Source of the DNA: Ascoidea asiatica JCM 7603
Lineage: Eukaryota; Fungi; Ascomycota
Assembly (NCBI GenBank): GCA_001600695.1
Contig: BCKQ01000023.1
Coordinates: 107,926-122,891, forward strand
Length of the DNA stretch: 14,966 nt
Reading direction: 5' to 3'
Each line of letters starts with the position of its first letter. Positions within the stretch are counted from its first letter, which is position 1. Under the pieces are notes generated by a model. The model saw only the letters and a list, made by a program, of their open reading frames with translations, was not told where the DNA came from and searched no databases. A program made the position numbers and the translations under genes. This document shows positions 1 through 9,969 of this stretch, piece after piece.

Positions 1-9
1 TGCAGACCC

Positions 10-122
10 AGAATGTTCTACTACATTTAACATGCACATGGAAGTTCTAAGAACGCAATAGAATGTAGTCTTAGAACAATCTATGCAATCTTAGAAAGTC
101 TAAGAATTTCCTAGAATATTCG
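10..122. promoter_or_regulatory. Heat-shock-element-like array (nGAAn units), probably serving a gene beyond the left edge
   Basis: GAA at 11, 41, 51, 61 and again at 74, 94, 104, 114 (10-bp phasing, step-type HSE). Inverted GAAnnTTC units at 11-18 and 114-121. Confidence 0.5.
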
Positions 123-263
123 AAGACAATTCCAATAAAAGAATAAAATGATTAACAATCAACCCGCATCCAAAGTGGTGGATTGGAACGGGGCAGGATG
201 CATTTATTACAATATCTAGCATCCAACAGCTTCTCATAGCAGCTAATTATTACTCAAACCATG

Positions 264-660
264 CCGGAACTGAGACACCCCGGAGGGTCCGACTCAAAAT
301 CTGAGTTCCGGTCCCGCTACAAAGTGGGGCACATGCCTGAAACCGGTTAAGCGAAAAGCAAAAGTGCTTCTGCCTGAGCAACGGTGTCGCAAAGTAACGG
401 TTCAGGTCTTCTGACTGTAAAACATCCCGCTCTCAGGGTTGCTATACACCACCTCCCCCTCCTGTTTTGCTTTCTGCGGTTAAGGTGGCGACGTATTCCC
501 GATTCGTGATTCGAGAAATTGTGTTCCCATTTCTGTATTTTCTTGCCACTATTGACTATTGACTATTGTCTTTGAAGAAAAATTGTGATTCTGATTTTCA
601 TTCATTCATATGGGAAAACAAATAAGTCTTCCAAATTAGGCTTAAGGCCGCCACCCGCTC
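264..660. promoter_or_regulatory. GC-rich UAS-like island with Rpn4 (PACE)-like, STRE and Mig1-like sites
   Basis: GGTGGCGA 484-491, TTGCCACT (=AGTGGCAA) 543-550, CCGCCACC (=GGTGGCGG) 648-655, CCCCT 456-460, GTGGGG 324-329, and several CGG triplets. GC content is visibly above the surrounding AT-rich DNA. Confidence 0.4.
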
Positions 661-992
661 GTGAAAATAATTACTTTCCATGAAAAAGGATGAGCTTGAG
701 AAATTATACAATTGATTTGAAAATGACAAAATGGTGGTTATTTGATGTTTTGGAATATCTTACTTACTATTAAAGGGTCCTGACAATTCTTTGAAATGGA
801 AAAGAATAATTATTACGGAGTTTCAAAATCTAGTTGAATAATCTAAACTTACCTGCTTAAATGATTGTTACTCAAAACAATTCCATCTTTTTAAAAGCAT
901 CTATAAAAATTAACAAGAACCCTGTAATGTCGTATAAAACTTAACTCAACTCAATTCGTTACCAACGATTTCGTCTGATTTCAAAATTCAGA

Positions 993-1016
993 TCCTTCCT
1001 TCCTTCCTTCCTTCCT
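993..1016. repeat. (TCCT)6 microsatellite
   Basis: Read directly from the sequence. Confidence 0.9.
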
Positions 1017-1170
1017 CTTTGAATATTCCAGAGTCGAGAAACATTTGTTTCAAGAATGTTTAACGATTTATAGTAATTATCAAATTGTTTCAGAATATCA
1101 TCATTCCATCCACTCATTAGATATTGGAGTTTTTCCATATATTACAAGAAACATTTTTTCAGCACTGTTT

Positions 1171-1243
1171 GCCTTTATGGCCAAGTTGGTAAGGCACCTC
1201 ACTAGTAATGAGGAGATCGTCTGTTCGAATCAGGCTGAAGGCA
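1171..1243 (+). tRNA. tRNA-Thr(AGT)
   Basis: Acceptor stem GCCTTTA/TGAAGGC, anticodon arm CCTCA-CT-AGT-AA-TGAGG (AGT at 1204-1206), T-loop TTCGAAT, and a long T-run terminator at 1247-1261. Confidence 0.97.
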
Positions 1244-2667
1244 TTCTTTTTTTTTTTTTTTGTTTATTTTTGCTTGTTTATTTTTTTTACCTTGACACCT
1301 TTGCCGTCTCATACCGTGACTCGTACCTCGCCACATTTGTGGTTATTTGTTTTTTGATTGTGAAGCTTAGTGCGCCACATATAATTTCACGCCACAGCCA
1401 CACTTACAGCCGCACGTTTTTCACTACAGACAACAGAATACTAACGGCAACTTTTTATAATAAATACACATACATTACAATAGTACTCGATTATTCTTAT
1501 ATTTTATATTATTTTATTCTATTTTGTATTATTATACTATATTTGATCTATTGTTATTTTTGTTATTATTACTATTTTTGTTATTATTACTATTTCTTGA
1601 TTAAATTAAATTGCTTGACACTCAAGGATAATAAAATCTATTCCTAGAAGTTACACTCTGATGTTAGCAATATGACGTGAAGTCTCAAGTTTATCTCTTT
1701 TAGACTGAGCGAACTTTGAACTGTGCTCTAAACTGTGTTAACTCCGTGCAACGGAACGCGTTATGATATCACCCAAAAATCTCAAAATCTCACGGTTTCT
1801 CACGGTAATTGAAGCAGGTAATAATTAATGTCAAATTATACACTATTATGAAAAAAAACTATGTAAATTGTCAGCAATATATATAAAATATATGAAATAA
1901 GTATTAGATACATGGAAAATATATGAAATTACTTGAGGATTAGGTGAAAAATATGTGAATGTTATATAAAAAGATGGAGAGAAACATATACAAATATATA
2001 CAAATGTATATTCAAAAATACTAAAGTTTACACAGTTGTGGGATTTATTAAATTCATGCCAATTATTCTTCGAATGCTCTTTATTTTATCTAATGACAAT
2101 CTCAATATCAATTGATCTTCAAAACTACTGCAAGCACGAGATCTGAACAATCAAAAAGCAAATTCGAATAAGAAATATATTTTTTCTAGCCTATTAAATC
2201 ATTTGATTATAAATTATTTTCAAACTCAAATATCTGTGTTTTTTGCTTTTGACATTTTTCTAACAAATGACTTCATTAACAAAATTTTACTTTTTTTCAG
2301 CCACAGTTTCTATTATTTTTGAAGTAATATTAAAAATAATTGGTTATTAATTTCTATTCAATTTATGCTTAAAACTTAATAATGAAACTTAATTTATTCG
2401 TTTTTTTAAGCTCGTGAATATAAATTTTTATAATTTTATAAGTTTATAATTTTCATAATTTTCATAATTTTGATTAATTTGAAAAAATTTGAAAAAAATA
2501 TAATGCTTTTGTATAAATATCATTCAAAAGGTCCCTGAATTTGAATTTACACCTTAAAAATTATTAATAAGTAAAATATTCTAATTATACTAAATATACT
2601 AAATATTTTAATAAAAGTACATTAAAAGTACATCAAAAGTATATTGCTCAATTAATTCTCTTAAAAA

Positions 2668-4728
2668 ATGGAAGCTAGTTTACCCCAAGGTGCCGGTTAT
2701 GCTATAATAATCGGAATTGGAATTTTTTTTGCAGTTGTAATGAATGGTATAACTTGGTTACAAAATAAATATTCAAAATTTAATTCAAATAATGCTGATG
2801 AATTTACTGCTGCTTCCAGATCAATTCCTTTTGGTTTAATGGTTGTTTCAATTTTATCTTCTTGGACTTGGTCTTTAACTCTATTACAAAGTGCAACTGA
2901 ATCCTATAATTTAGGTGTTTGTGGTGGTTATTATTATGGTATTGGAGGTTTACTTCAAGTTGCCATTTTTTCTTCAATTGCTGCAAAAGTTAAAAGAAAT
3001 GGTAATTTAGTTACAACATTTCCTGAAATGGGTTTTTTCAGATTTGGTACTCCAGGTCATTTATCTTTTTTATTTTCTGGTTTAGTTTGTAATTCAATTG
3101 TTTCTGCTTGTATTTTAATAGGTGGTGGTGCTGTATTTAGTGCTTGTACTGATATAAATGAATATGCTGCTTTTTTTTTAATTCCTTTAGTTTGTGCAAT
3201 TTTTATTTATTTCGGTGGTTTAAGAGCAACTTTTATAGCTGATGCAACTCATACTTTTTTTTTATTAATAATTTTACTTATTTTTGCATTTGTTGTATTC
3301 ACTGGTGATGATTCAAAAATTGGTAGTCCAAGTAAAATGGTTGAATTGTTAAAGCAATTAGAACCAATTGAAGATAATTATAATGGTGCTTATTTAACTT
3401 TTAGATCCAAAAATGGTGTAATTTATGCAATTCAAACAACTATTCTTGGTTTTGGTTTAGTTAGTGTAGATCAAGCATATTGGTCAAGAGCCGTAGCTTC
3501 TGTTAGTTCTACTACTTCAAGAGCTTATTTTGTTGCTGCAAGCGGTTGGTTTATAATTCCAGTTACAATGGGTACTGCAATGGGTTTAGGTGCAAGAGCT
3601 TTATCAAATTATTCTGATTTTCCAATATTAACAGACTTAGATGTTTCAAAAGGTTTAGCATCAGTTGCAACTGCCCAATATATGTTAGGTAAAGCAGGCG
3701 CTGTTTTAATTTTAATAATGGTTTTCCTTTCAGTTACTTCTTCACTTTCTGGAGAATTAATTGCTGCTTCAACTTTATTATCATATGATGTTTATAAAAA
3801 ATATTATAAACCAACAGCTACTGTTAAAGAAGTTTTATTTGTTGCAAAAATTTGTGTATTTTTTTGGGCAATTTTCTCAGCAGCTTTATCTTCAGTTTTT
3901 TATAAAGTTGGAATATCCTTAGGTTGGTTATTTAATTTCTTAGGAGTTGCAACTTCTGCAGGTGTATTTCCAATAGTTTTAACATTTACTTGGAGAAAAT
4001 TAAATACGCTTGGAGCTGTCACAGGTTCTATTGGTGGAATGTTTGGTGCATTAGCTGTATGGCTTTTAATGTGTAGATATTATATGGGTGAAATTAATGT
4101 AACAAATTTATCTAATCAATGGGTATCATTTGCAGGAACATGTTCTGCAATCTCATTAGGTGGAATTTTTTCTATTTTTTTCTCATTACTTAAACCGAAT
4201 AACTTTTCTTGGGATGAAACAAGAAATAGAACAATTTTAAATAAAAAAGTTTCTTTTTCCGATAATGATAAAGGTAAAGATGAATTACTTGAAAATACCA
4301 AAAATTTGGATATTATAAATACTACATCAAAAGATCCAAAACCTGTGGAAAACCTGAAAAATCCAATAAATTCAAACTATCAAATAGAAACAGAATCGGA
4401 AACAGAAACAAATTCCACTGATGATGAAGAAAATCAATTACCAGTTGAAAGCGAAGTTGATGTCAAATATTTGGATAGCCAGTTTAAAAAATATACACTT
4501 GGAGTATTATTATTAGCTAGTGTTTTTGCACTTATAATACCTACAGCACTTGGAGCCCCACCATTTGAATGGAATGCAAAGTTTTTCACATTTTGGGTAG
4601 TAATGATGTTTCTTTGGTTGTTTTATACATTTTTCATTGCAATCATCATACCACTTTTTGAAGCAAGAAAATTTCTATTAAATTTAGCATTAGATTTGTT
4701 AAGAATTAGAAAATTCCAGCATAATTAA
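2668..4728 (+). CDS. DUR3: DUR3-family sodium:solute symporter (urea/polyamine transporter-like), probably a divergent paralog, 686 aa
   Basis: N-terminal LPQGAGY, EFTAASRS, SSWTW, GGLRATF, DQAYW and LSYDVYKKY motifs. About 15 hydrophobic segments and an acidic loop before the last two, as in fungal Dur3. Family assignment is solid; orthology to DUR3 itself is uncertain. Confidence 0.88.
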   Translation: MEASLPQGAGYAIIIGIGIFFAVVMNGITWLQNKYSKFNSNNADEFTAASRSIPFGLMVVSILSSWTWSLTLLQSATESYNLGVCGGYYYGIGGLLQVAIFSSIAAKVKRNGNLVTTFPEMGFFRFGTPGHLSFLFSGLVCNSIVSACILIGGGAVFSACTDINEYAAFFLIPLVCAIFIYFGGLRATFIADATHTFFLLIILLIFAFVVFTGDDSKIGSPSKMVELLKQLEPIEDNYNGAYLTFRSKNGVIYAIQTTILGFGLVSVDQAYWSRAVASVSSTTSRAYFVAASGWFIIPVTMGTAMGLGARALSNYSDFPILTDLDVSKGLASVATAQYMLGKAGAVLILIMVFLSVTSSLSGELIAASTLLSYDVYKKYYKPTATVKEVLFVAKICVFFWAIFSAALSSVFYKVGISLGWLFNFLGVATSAGVFPIVLTFTWRKLNTLGAVTGSIGGMFGALAVWLLMCRYYMGEINVTNLSNQWVSFAGTCSAISLGGIFSIFFSLLKPNNFSWDETRNRTILNKKVSFSDNDKGKDELLENTKNLDIINTTSKDPKPVENLKNPINSNYQIETESETETNSTDDEENQLPVESEVDVKYLDSQFKKYTLGVLLLASVFALIIPTALGAPPFEWNAKFFTFWVVMMFLWLFYTFFIAIIIPLFEARKFLLNLALDLLRIRKFQHN

Positions 4729-5346
4729 TCATTCATAGATCGCAGATAATCATGTTTTTTTCTCTTTTATTCAGTTTCTTCAATTCTCTTACTTCATTTT
4801 AATTCTGTTTTAGACTTATTCTTTATTATTCAGTATTTATGATTCTATCTTATAAACATCCATTTCAAATTATTCTTTTCAAACTTTTATTTTTTTATCG
4901 AAAAAATCTTAAACTGCAGTGCCATGTTTAAAAATGTAATCTAGCGCTATATAAAGCTTTGCACAGTTTCTGTGGTAAAGATGCTTTTGACGCTTTTTTG
5001 CGTTTCCAGGCTTTTTCCACTGTTTGTCACTTAAGTTTTGACCCGTCAGTTTGGATTCTTTGAGATTCAATAACCACAAAAGTTAATAAACAAAAGAAGT
5101 TTCGAAATTGTAAATAAAGGTGTAGAAGATAAATAAATGGAAACTAAAAGTAAAATAATATAGATAAATGAATGAATAATCCTTAAATAAATGGAAATTA
5201 AGTAATAACTTCCTCAATTATTCAATCAATCAATCAATTAATAAATAAAGCAAATAGTTGGGTAACTAGTAGATGAATAACTAGTTTTAGAGGAAGTAAT
5301 GATATAATAAACAATTAATATAAGTTTCTACGTTTTTATAATAATA

Positions 5347-5901
5347 ATGAAGGTTAAAATCAAAAATTGGCATGCAATAGGTTATTGGCATTGGAAGGTT
5401 CCAATTCAAAATGATGATTTATGTGGAATTTGTCGAGTTGCATTTGATGGAACATGTCCAGTTTGTAAAATACCTGGAGATAACTGTCCTTTAGTTATAG
5501 GAAATTGTAATCATTCATTTCATTTACATTGTATCTTGAAATGGTTAGATACAGAAACTTCAAATGGTTTATGTCCAATGTGTAGACAAATTTTTGAGAT
5601 GAATATAAATGAAAATTTAGTTAGAAAAAACATTCAATATCTATCAAATAATAATATAATTCAAAATAGAAATAATAATAATATTAATAATATCAATATT
5701 AATAATACCAATAATGCAGATAATAATAATAATAATATTATCAATGGAATAATTAATGAAGATTTAGGTCAAAATGTAGATCAAAATGATGTTGGAATAA
5801 ATAGAAATGAAATTGAAGAAGAGATTAATATAAATAATATTAATCACTCAAATATTATAGCTACAAGTAGTAATATAAACAATACATCAAATAATATATA
5901 A
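5347..5901 (+). CDS. APC11: Anaphase-promoting complex RING-H2 subunit Apc11 with an Asn-rich C-terminal tail, 184 aa
   Basis: MKVKIKNWHA..W.W start followed by CGICRVAFDGTCPVCKIPGDNCPL...CNHSFHLHCILKWL...CPMCRQ. Confidence 0.96.
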   Translation: MKVKIKNWHAIGYWHWKVPIQNDDLCGICRVAFDGTCPVCKIPGDNCPLVIGNCNHSFHLHCILKWLDTETSNGLCPMCRQIFEMNINENLVRKNIQYLSNNNIIQNRNNNNINNININNTNNADNNNNNIINGIINEDLGQNVDQNDVGINRNEIEEEININNINHSNIIATSSNINNTSNNI

Positions 5902-6118
5902 AAATAATAAATACAGTAAGGAAATATTTTTAAATGCTTTATATGATATATTAAATTAAACTATGTATAAGATAGATAATGAAGTTATAAGAATTATATA
6001 GAAATTCTATAAAAAATAAATGATTAAGAGAATTAAAAAGTATTTATAAGTATAATATAAGAAAGTTGTTAGAAAAAAAAAATAATATAAAACAAAAAAT
6101 AAAAGAAATCCAAAATTT

Positions 6119-8347
6119 TTAAATATACTCAAGATGTTCTTTAGCATATTTTATAGCTTCAGTTGCTGAAGGACCTGATAATCCATGTTTAACTCTAATA
6201 TGTCTTGATAAAGCATCTCCTCTACTAAATGTCTTTGGAGGATGAAGTTTTGATTTATTAGAATTATTAACTCCATTAATATTTGAGATAATATTAGTAC
6301 CAATAATTTTATTAATTTTATCAAATTTATTTATTTTTTTGATTATATTGAATTTTTTATTATCTTTAGTATCAGTGTCTTTAGCATTATCAATGTCATT
6401 ATGACTATCACTATTATTCATATTAGCAATATCAGAATCAGAATTAGAATTTAAAATAGACAATTTTTTTTTATAATCTTCTTGACAAATGATGCATTTG
6501 AAAATTTTTCTCTTTTCAGCATGAATTGTTTCTTGATGCCTTATTAAATCGTATGGTCTTGAAAAACATTTTAAACATATTTTATTTGTGGATGGATTGA
6601 TTAATTTACATTGATGTTCATTACTGATGATATCATTATCATTCTCATTATCATTATCATTATGAATATTATTATCATTATCATTATTATTATTATTAGA
6701 ATCTTTTGACTTTGGTTTAGATTTAGAGATTAAATTTAAATTTGAATTTGAATTACTTAAAATATTAAGATTTGATTGAGTTAAAATTTTTTTGTTCTTA
6801 ATACTTTTTTTATTTTTAGCAAAAGATTTAACAGATGATTTATTTGAAGATTTCTTATTACTAGTAGTAATATAAGATTTTGAATTTTTATTGTTAATAT
6901 TTGAATCTGATTGTAAATCTTGATTTTTTAAATCTAAATTTGAATTTAAATCCATATCCATATTTAATCCCATATTCATATTCATATCCATATTCATATC
7001 CATATCTATATCCATATCCATATTGAAATTGAAATTCATTTCATCATCATCATCATCAATATTTATTTTCATATTCATATCATCATTATTTTTATTGACA
7101 CTAGTTAAAATTTTACTTCTTTTCAAAGCTGGAATTGAATTATAATTATTTAGACTTAAACCTAGATCTAAGTCTAAATCTAGATCTAAATCAGAATCTA
7201 GATTTAAATGAGAGTCTATATTCATAATATTATTACTATTGATATTATCTTCTAAATCTAAACCCATATCATTATTATCAAATAAATTATCATCGTCATC
7301 ATCATCATCATCGTCATAATCGTCATAATCGTCGTCGTCGTCATCATAATCTTCTTCATCATTTTCCAATGGATTTTCATCATGAATTTGATGATTATAA
7401 TTATGAATTTGTAAATTATTAAAATAATTATTATTATCATTAATATCATCATTTTTAAAAATTGATTTTGATTGAGAAGTATTATTAAAATAATTTGAAT
7501 TTAAATCATAATCATAATCATAATCAAGATATAATTTATCAGAAGGTAATAAATCAGTTGGAGCTAAAGTTTTTGGAATATTTAAATTTAAATAAGATTT
7601 ATTTGAATTTAAAGTATTGGCGGTTAATTTTTGATTAATTAATTTATTTTTTGAAATATTTGATTTATTATTATTTATATTTGATTTATTATTATTTATA
7701 TTTGATTTATTAAATTTGATATTATTAAGATTATTATTTAATATTGTTAATAAATTTGGGTTAGCATATTTATTAAAAGGTTGTATATTATTATTGTCAT
7801 TATTATTAATGTTATTTGAATTTAAATTAATTTTTAAATTTCTTGGAGAATTTGAAGGAGTAGTTTTTGGAGTATTTATTGGAGTATTTGAACAAGTATT
7901 TGAACGAGTATTTGAACGAGTAATTTTTGGAGAATCAGGGAAATTTAAAATTTCATTAACATCATTTAAAGAAGTATTTGATTTATTATTATTATGATTG
8001 ATAATAATATTATTATAATTGAAAGTATTATTTGAATTATCGAAATTATAATTATAATTTTCATAATTTGCGAAATTATTATAATTTGGATAATTTGAAT
8101 AGTTTGGATAATTTGAGTAATTTGGATAATTATTATAATTATTTGAATTTGTATTTAAATTTGTATTTAAATTTGTATTTGTATTTGTATTTGTATTTAC
8201 ATTTGTATTTATATTTATGTTAGAATTTGAATTTGAATTTGAATTTGAATTTGATAAAGAAGTTTGTAGTTGGATATTATTTATATGATATAATTCATCT
8301 TCTAAAATATCATTAAAGGTTCTTGTGTAAACAGATAAAGATGCCAT
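6119..8347 (-). CDS. RPN4: C2H2 zinc-finger transcription factor Rpn4 (proteasome gene activator), 742 aa
   Basis: N-terminal RTFNDILEDELYH, central acidic tracts, and C-terminal fingers C..NPSTNKIC...FSRPYDLIRHQETIH and CIIC...KTFSRGDALSRHIRVKH. Confidence 0.95.
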   Translation of the reverse strand: MASLSVYTRTFNDILEDELYHINNIQLQTSLSNSNSNSNSNSNININTNVNTNTNTNTNLNTNLNTNSNNYNNYPNYSNYPNYSNYPNYNNFANYENYNYNFDNSNNTFNYNNIIINHNNNKSNTSLNDVNEILNFPDSPKITRSNTRSNTCSNTPINTPKTTPSNSPRNLKINLNSNNINNNDNNNIQPFNKYANPNLLTILNNNLNNIKFNKSNINNNKSNINNNKSNISKNKLINQKLTANTLNSNKSYLNLNIPKTLAPTDLLPSDKLYLDYDYDYDLNSNYFNNTSQSKSIFKNDDINDNNNYFNNLQIHNYNHQIHDENPLENDEEDYDDDDDDYDDYDDDDDDDDDNLFDNNDMGLDLEDNINSNNIMNIDSHLNLDSDLDLDLDLDLGLSLNNYNSIPALKRSKILTSVNKNNDDMNMKINIDDDDDEMNFNFNMDMDIDMDMNMDMNMNMGLNMDMDLNSNLDLKNQDLQSDSNINNKNSKSYITTSNKKSSNKSSVKSFAKNKKSIKNKKILTQSNLNILSNSNSNLNLISKSKPKSKDSNNNNNDNDNNIHNDNDNENDNDIISNEHQCKLINPSTNKICLKCFSRPYDLIRHQETIHAEKRKIFKCIICQEDYKKKLSILNSNSDSDIANMNNSDSHNDIDNAKDTDTKDNKKFNIIKKINKFDKINKIIGTNIISNINGVNNSNKSKLHPPKTFSRGDALSRHIRVKHGLSGPSATEAIKYAKEHLEYI

Positions 8348-8963
8348 TTTAACAGAAGTTATAATTATAATTTTCTCAGTGATTTATAAGTGATTGATAA
8401 ATAAATAATGATTGATTGATCAGTAAGTGATTGAGATGATTGAAAGAAAGATAAAAATAAGGAAAAGTAGAAAAAGAAGAAGAAGAAGAATAATAATGGA
8501 ATCGGGGGTATATTTATAAGTGATCTTAAAGGAGAATGAATTGTTTTGGAGTTGCCAGATGTTTGAAACGAAGGATGAATAATCTATTTAGAATATATTT
8601 AATATATATTATATATATATTGTATATATTGTATAAAGTGTTTTATATGTGTTATATGTGTTATATCCTCGATTTAGACCAAGTCAGTAACAGTTGGTTT
8701 TTGATTTGTAATTCAGTTGAATGAAATGAAAATAAGCTCAGCACACAAATAAAGCATATAAAACATCAAACATAAATCAAATAGAGCAGAGCAGTGAAAT
8801 AAATAAATAAACTACTAAATAAATAACGAAATAAATATTACTCTTCTTATCACCGTGACTTTACTACGGTAGCTTTACCACGCTAGCTTTGTTGCAGTGA
8901 TTAACTCACAGTTCCACTTGGTCCTGGACTCAGTGCAGTGGTGCTGACTGCTGGGTGGGAGTT

Positions 8964-9108
8964 AGGGGAGTTAACATAACAACGCTGGGCCACGTGACAC
9001 CACCCAACTGAAATCACCTCGCCGCACCCCGTGGAAGGTTCCAGAACCCATCTCTCTCCAGGGAAACCACCTGCAACTGAGATGATGTGGCAATGCGTTA
9101 CTTCCGCG
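8964..9108 (-). promoter_or_regulatory. RPN4 upstream activating region
   Basis: Perfect three-unit HSE GGAAGGTTCCAGAAC 9033-9047, PDRE-like CCCGTGGA 9028-9035 and TCCGCG 9103-9108, Cbf1-type CACGTGAC 8991-8998, STRE AGGGG 8964-8968, and PACE-core GTGGCAA 9087-9093. Confidence 0.6.
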
Positions 9109-9304
9109 ATTCAGCCCGTTGCTCCAGTGCTGACTGGAAGTGAAATAAGCTAATCGGTTGTCTGTTTGTCGAGTGTGAACACCGTGACAACACCCCTGGC
9201 ACTGGCTTTAATTGATTACCAATCCCTGTTTGGAAAAATAAATTAAAAAAGGAGACATCATGTTTCTTTACAAGGATTGGACTGTAACTCAAAAACAGTG
9301 GTAT

Positions 9305-9387
9305 GGAGGGTTGGCCGAGTGGTCTAAGGCGGTAGACTTAAGATCTACTGGGAGATTCCCGCGCGAGTTCGAACCTCGCATCCTTCA
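9305..9387 (+). tRNA. tRNA-Leu(TAA)
   Basis: Acceptor GGAGGGT/ATCCTTC, anticodon arm GTAGA-CT-TAA-GA-TCTAC (TAA at 9339-9341), long variable arm, GTTCGAAC T-loop, and a T-run immediately 3'. Confidence 0.97.
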
Positions 9388-9969
9388 TTTTTTTTGCCTT
9401 TATGTTTTTCAATTTACTATTTCTTTTTTTCTTCTTTTATTTATTTTTTCCTGTCTCCGGCTCATTGATAACTGAGCCAAACACACCAGTCAACCAACTC
9501 ATATAAAGAAACTACTAAACAGACACTGATAAACACGCTGATAAATACAGTAATAAACTAATAAACTAGTTTTGATACTGCTTTACTACCTACTACTTAA
9601 TACACTAGTGCTAGGCAAACCAAAAGTATCCGAAGAAAATTTTCTTAACTATGATAAACATTGGGTTCTTTGTTTAAATTGTTAAAAGTGTCAAAAGTAT
9701 CTAAAATATGTAAAATGTTTGCTTTTAATCTTGGTTTTGATCAATTTAATGGCATGATATTTGAACAGTTTTAAAATAAAAACTTTACTTTATTGCAATA
9801 TTGTTTTATTAAATATCTTATAAATACCTTATTGATATCTTATAAAAAGTTTTAAGGCTGTTTTATGAATATTACAGATTTATTTTCAATAAAAACAATA
9901 GACAATAGACAATAGACAATAGACACTAGACAATTGAAAATTTAATTCACAAGAAAATACTTATTAGAA

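Noticed and set aside
1045-1647. 200-aa ORF in the supplied track
   Set aside because: It has a TTG start, runs through tRNA-Thr and its T-run, and ends in T-rich tandem repeats giving Y/F/C/I low complexity. No recognisable domain.
4354-4356. The only in-frame CTG codon I noticed, in a variable loop, as a possible sign of a reassigned CUG code
   Set aside because: Strong AT bias alone would make CTG rare, and no tRNA(CAG) is in the window, so it is not diagnostic. Genome-wide codon analysis would be needed.
4996-5081. Two MSE-like (CRCAAAW) sites upstream of APC11
   Set aside because: Plausible for an APC gene, but such short A/T-rich motifs are expected by chance here.
7258-8223. Alternative-frame and antisense ORFs inside RPN4 (similar ones lie inside the DUR3-like and ATO genes)
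   Set aside because: Shadows of repetitive or codon-biased coding sequence.
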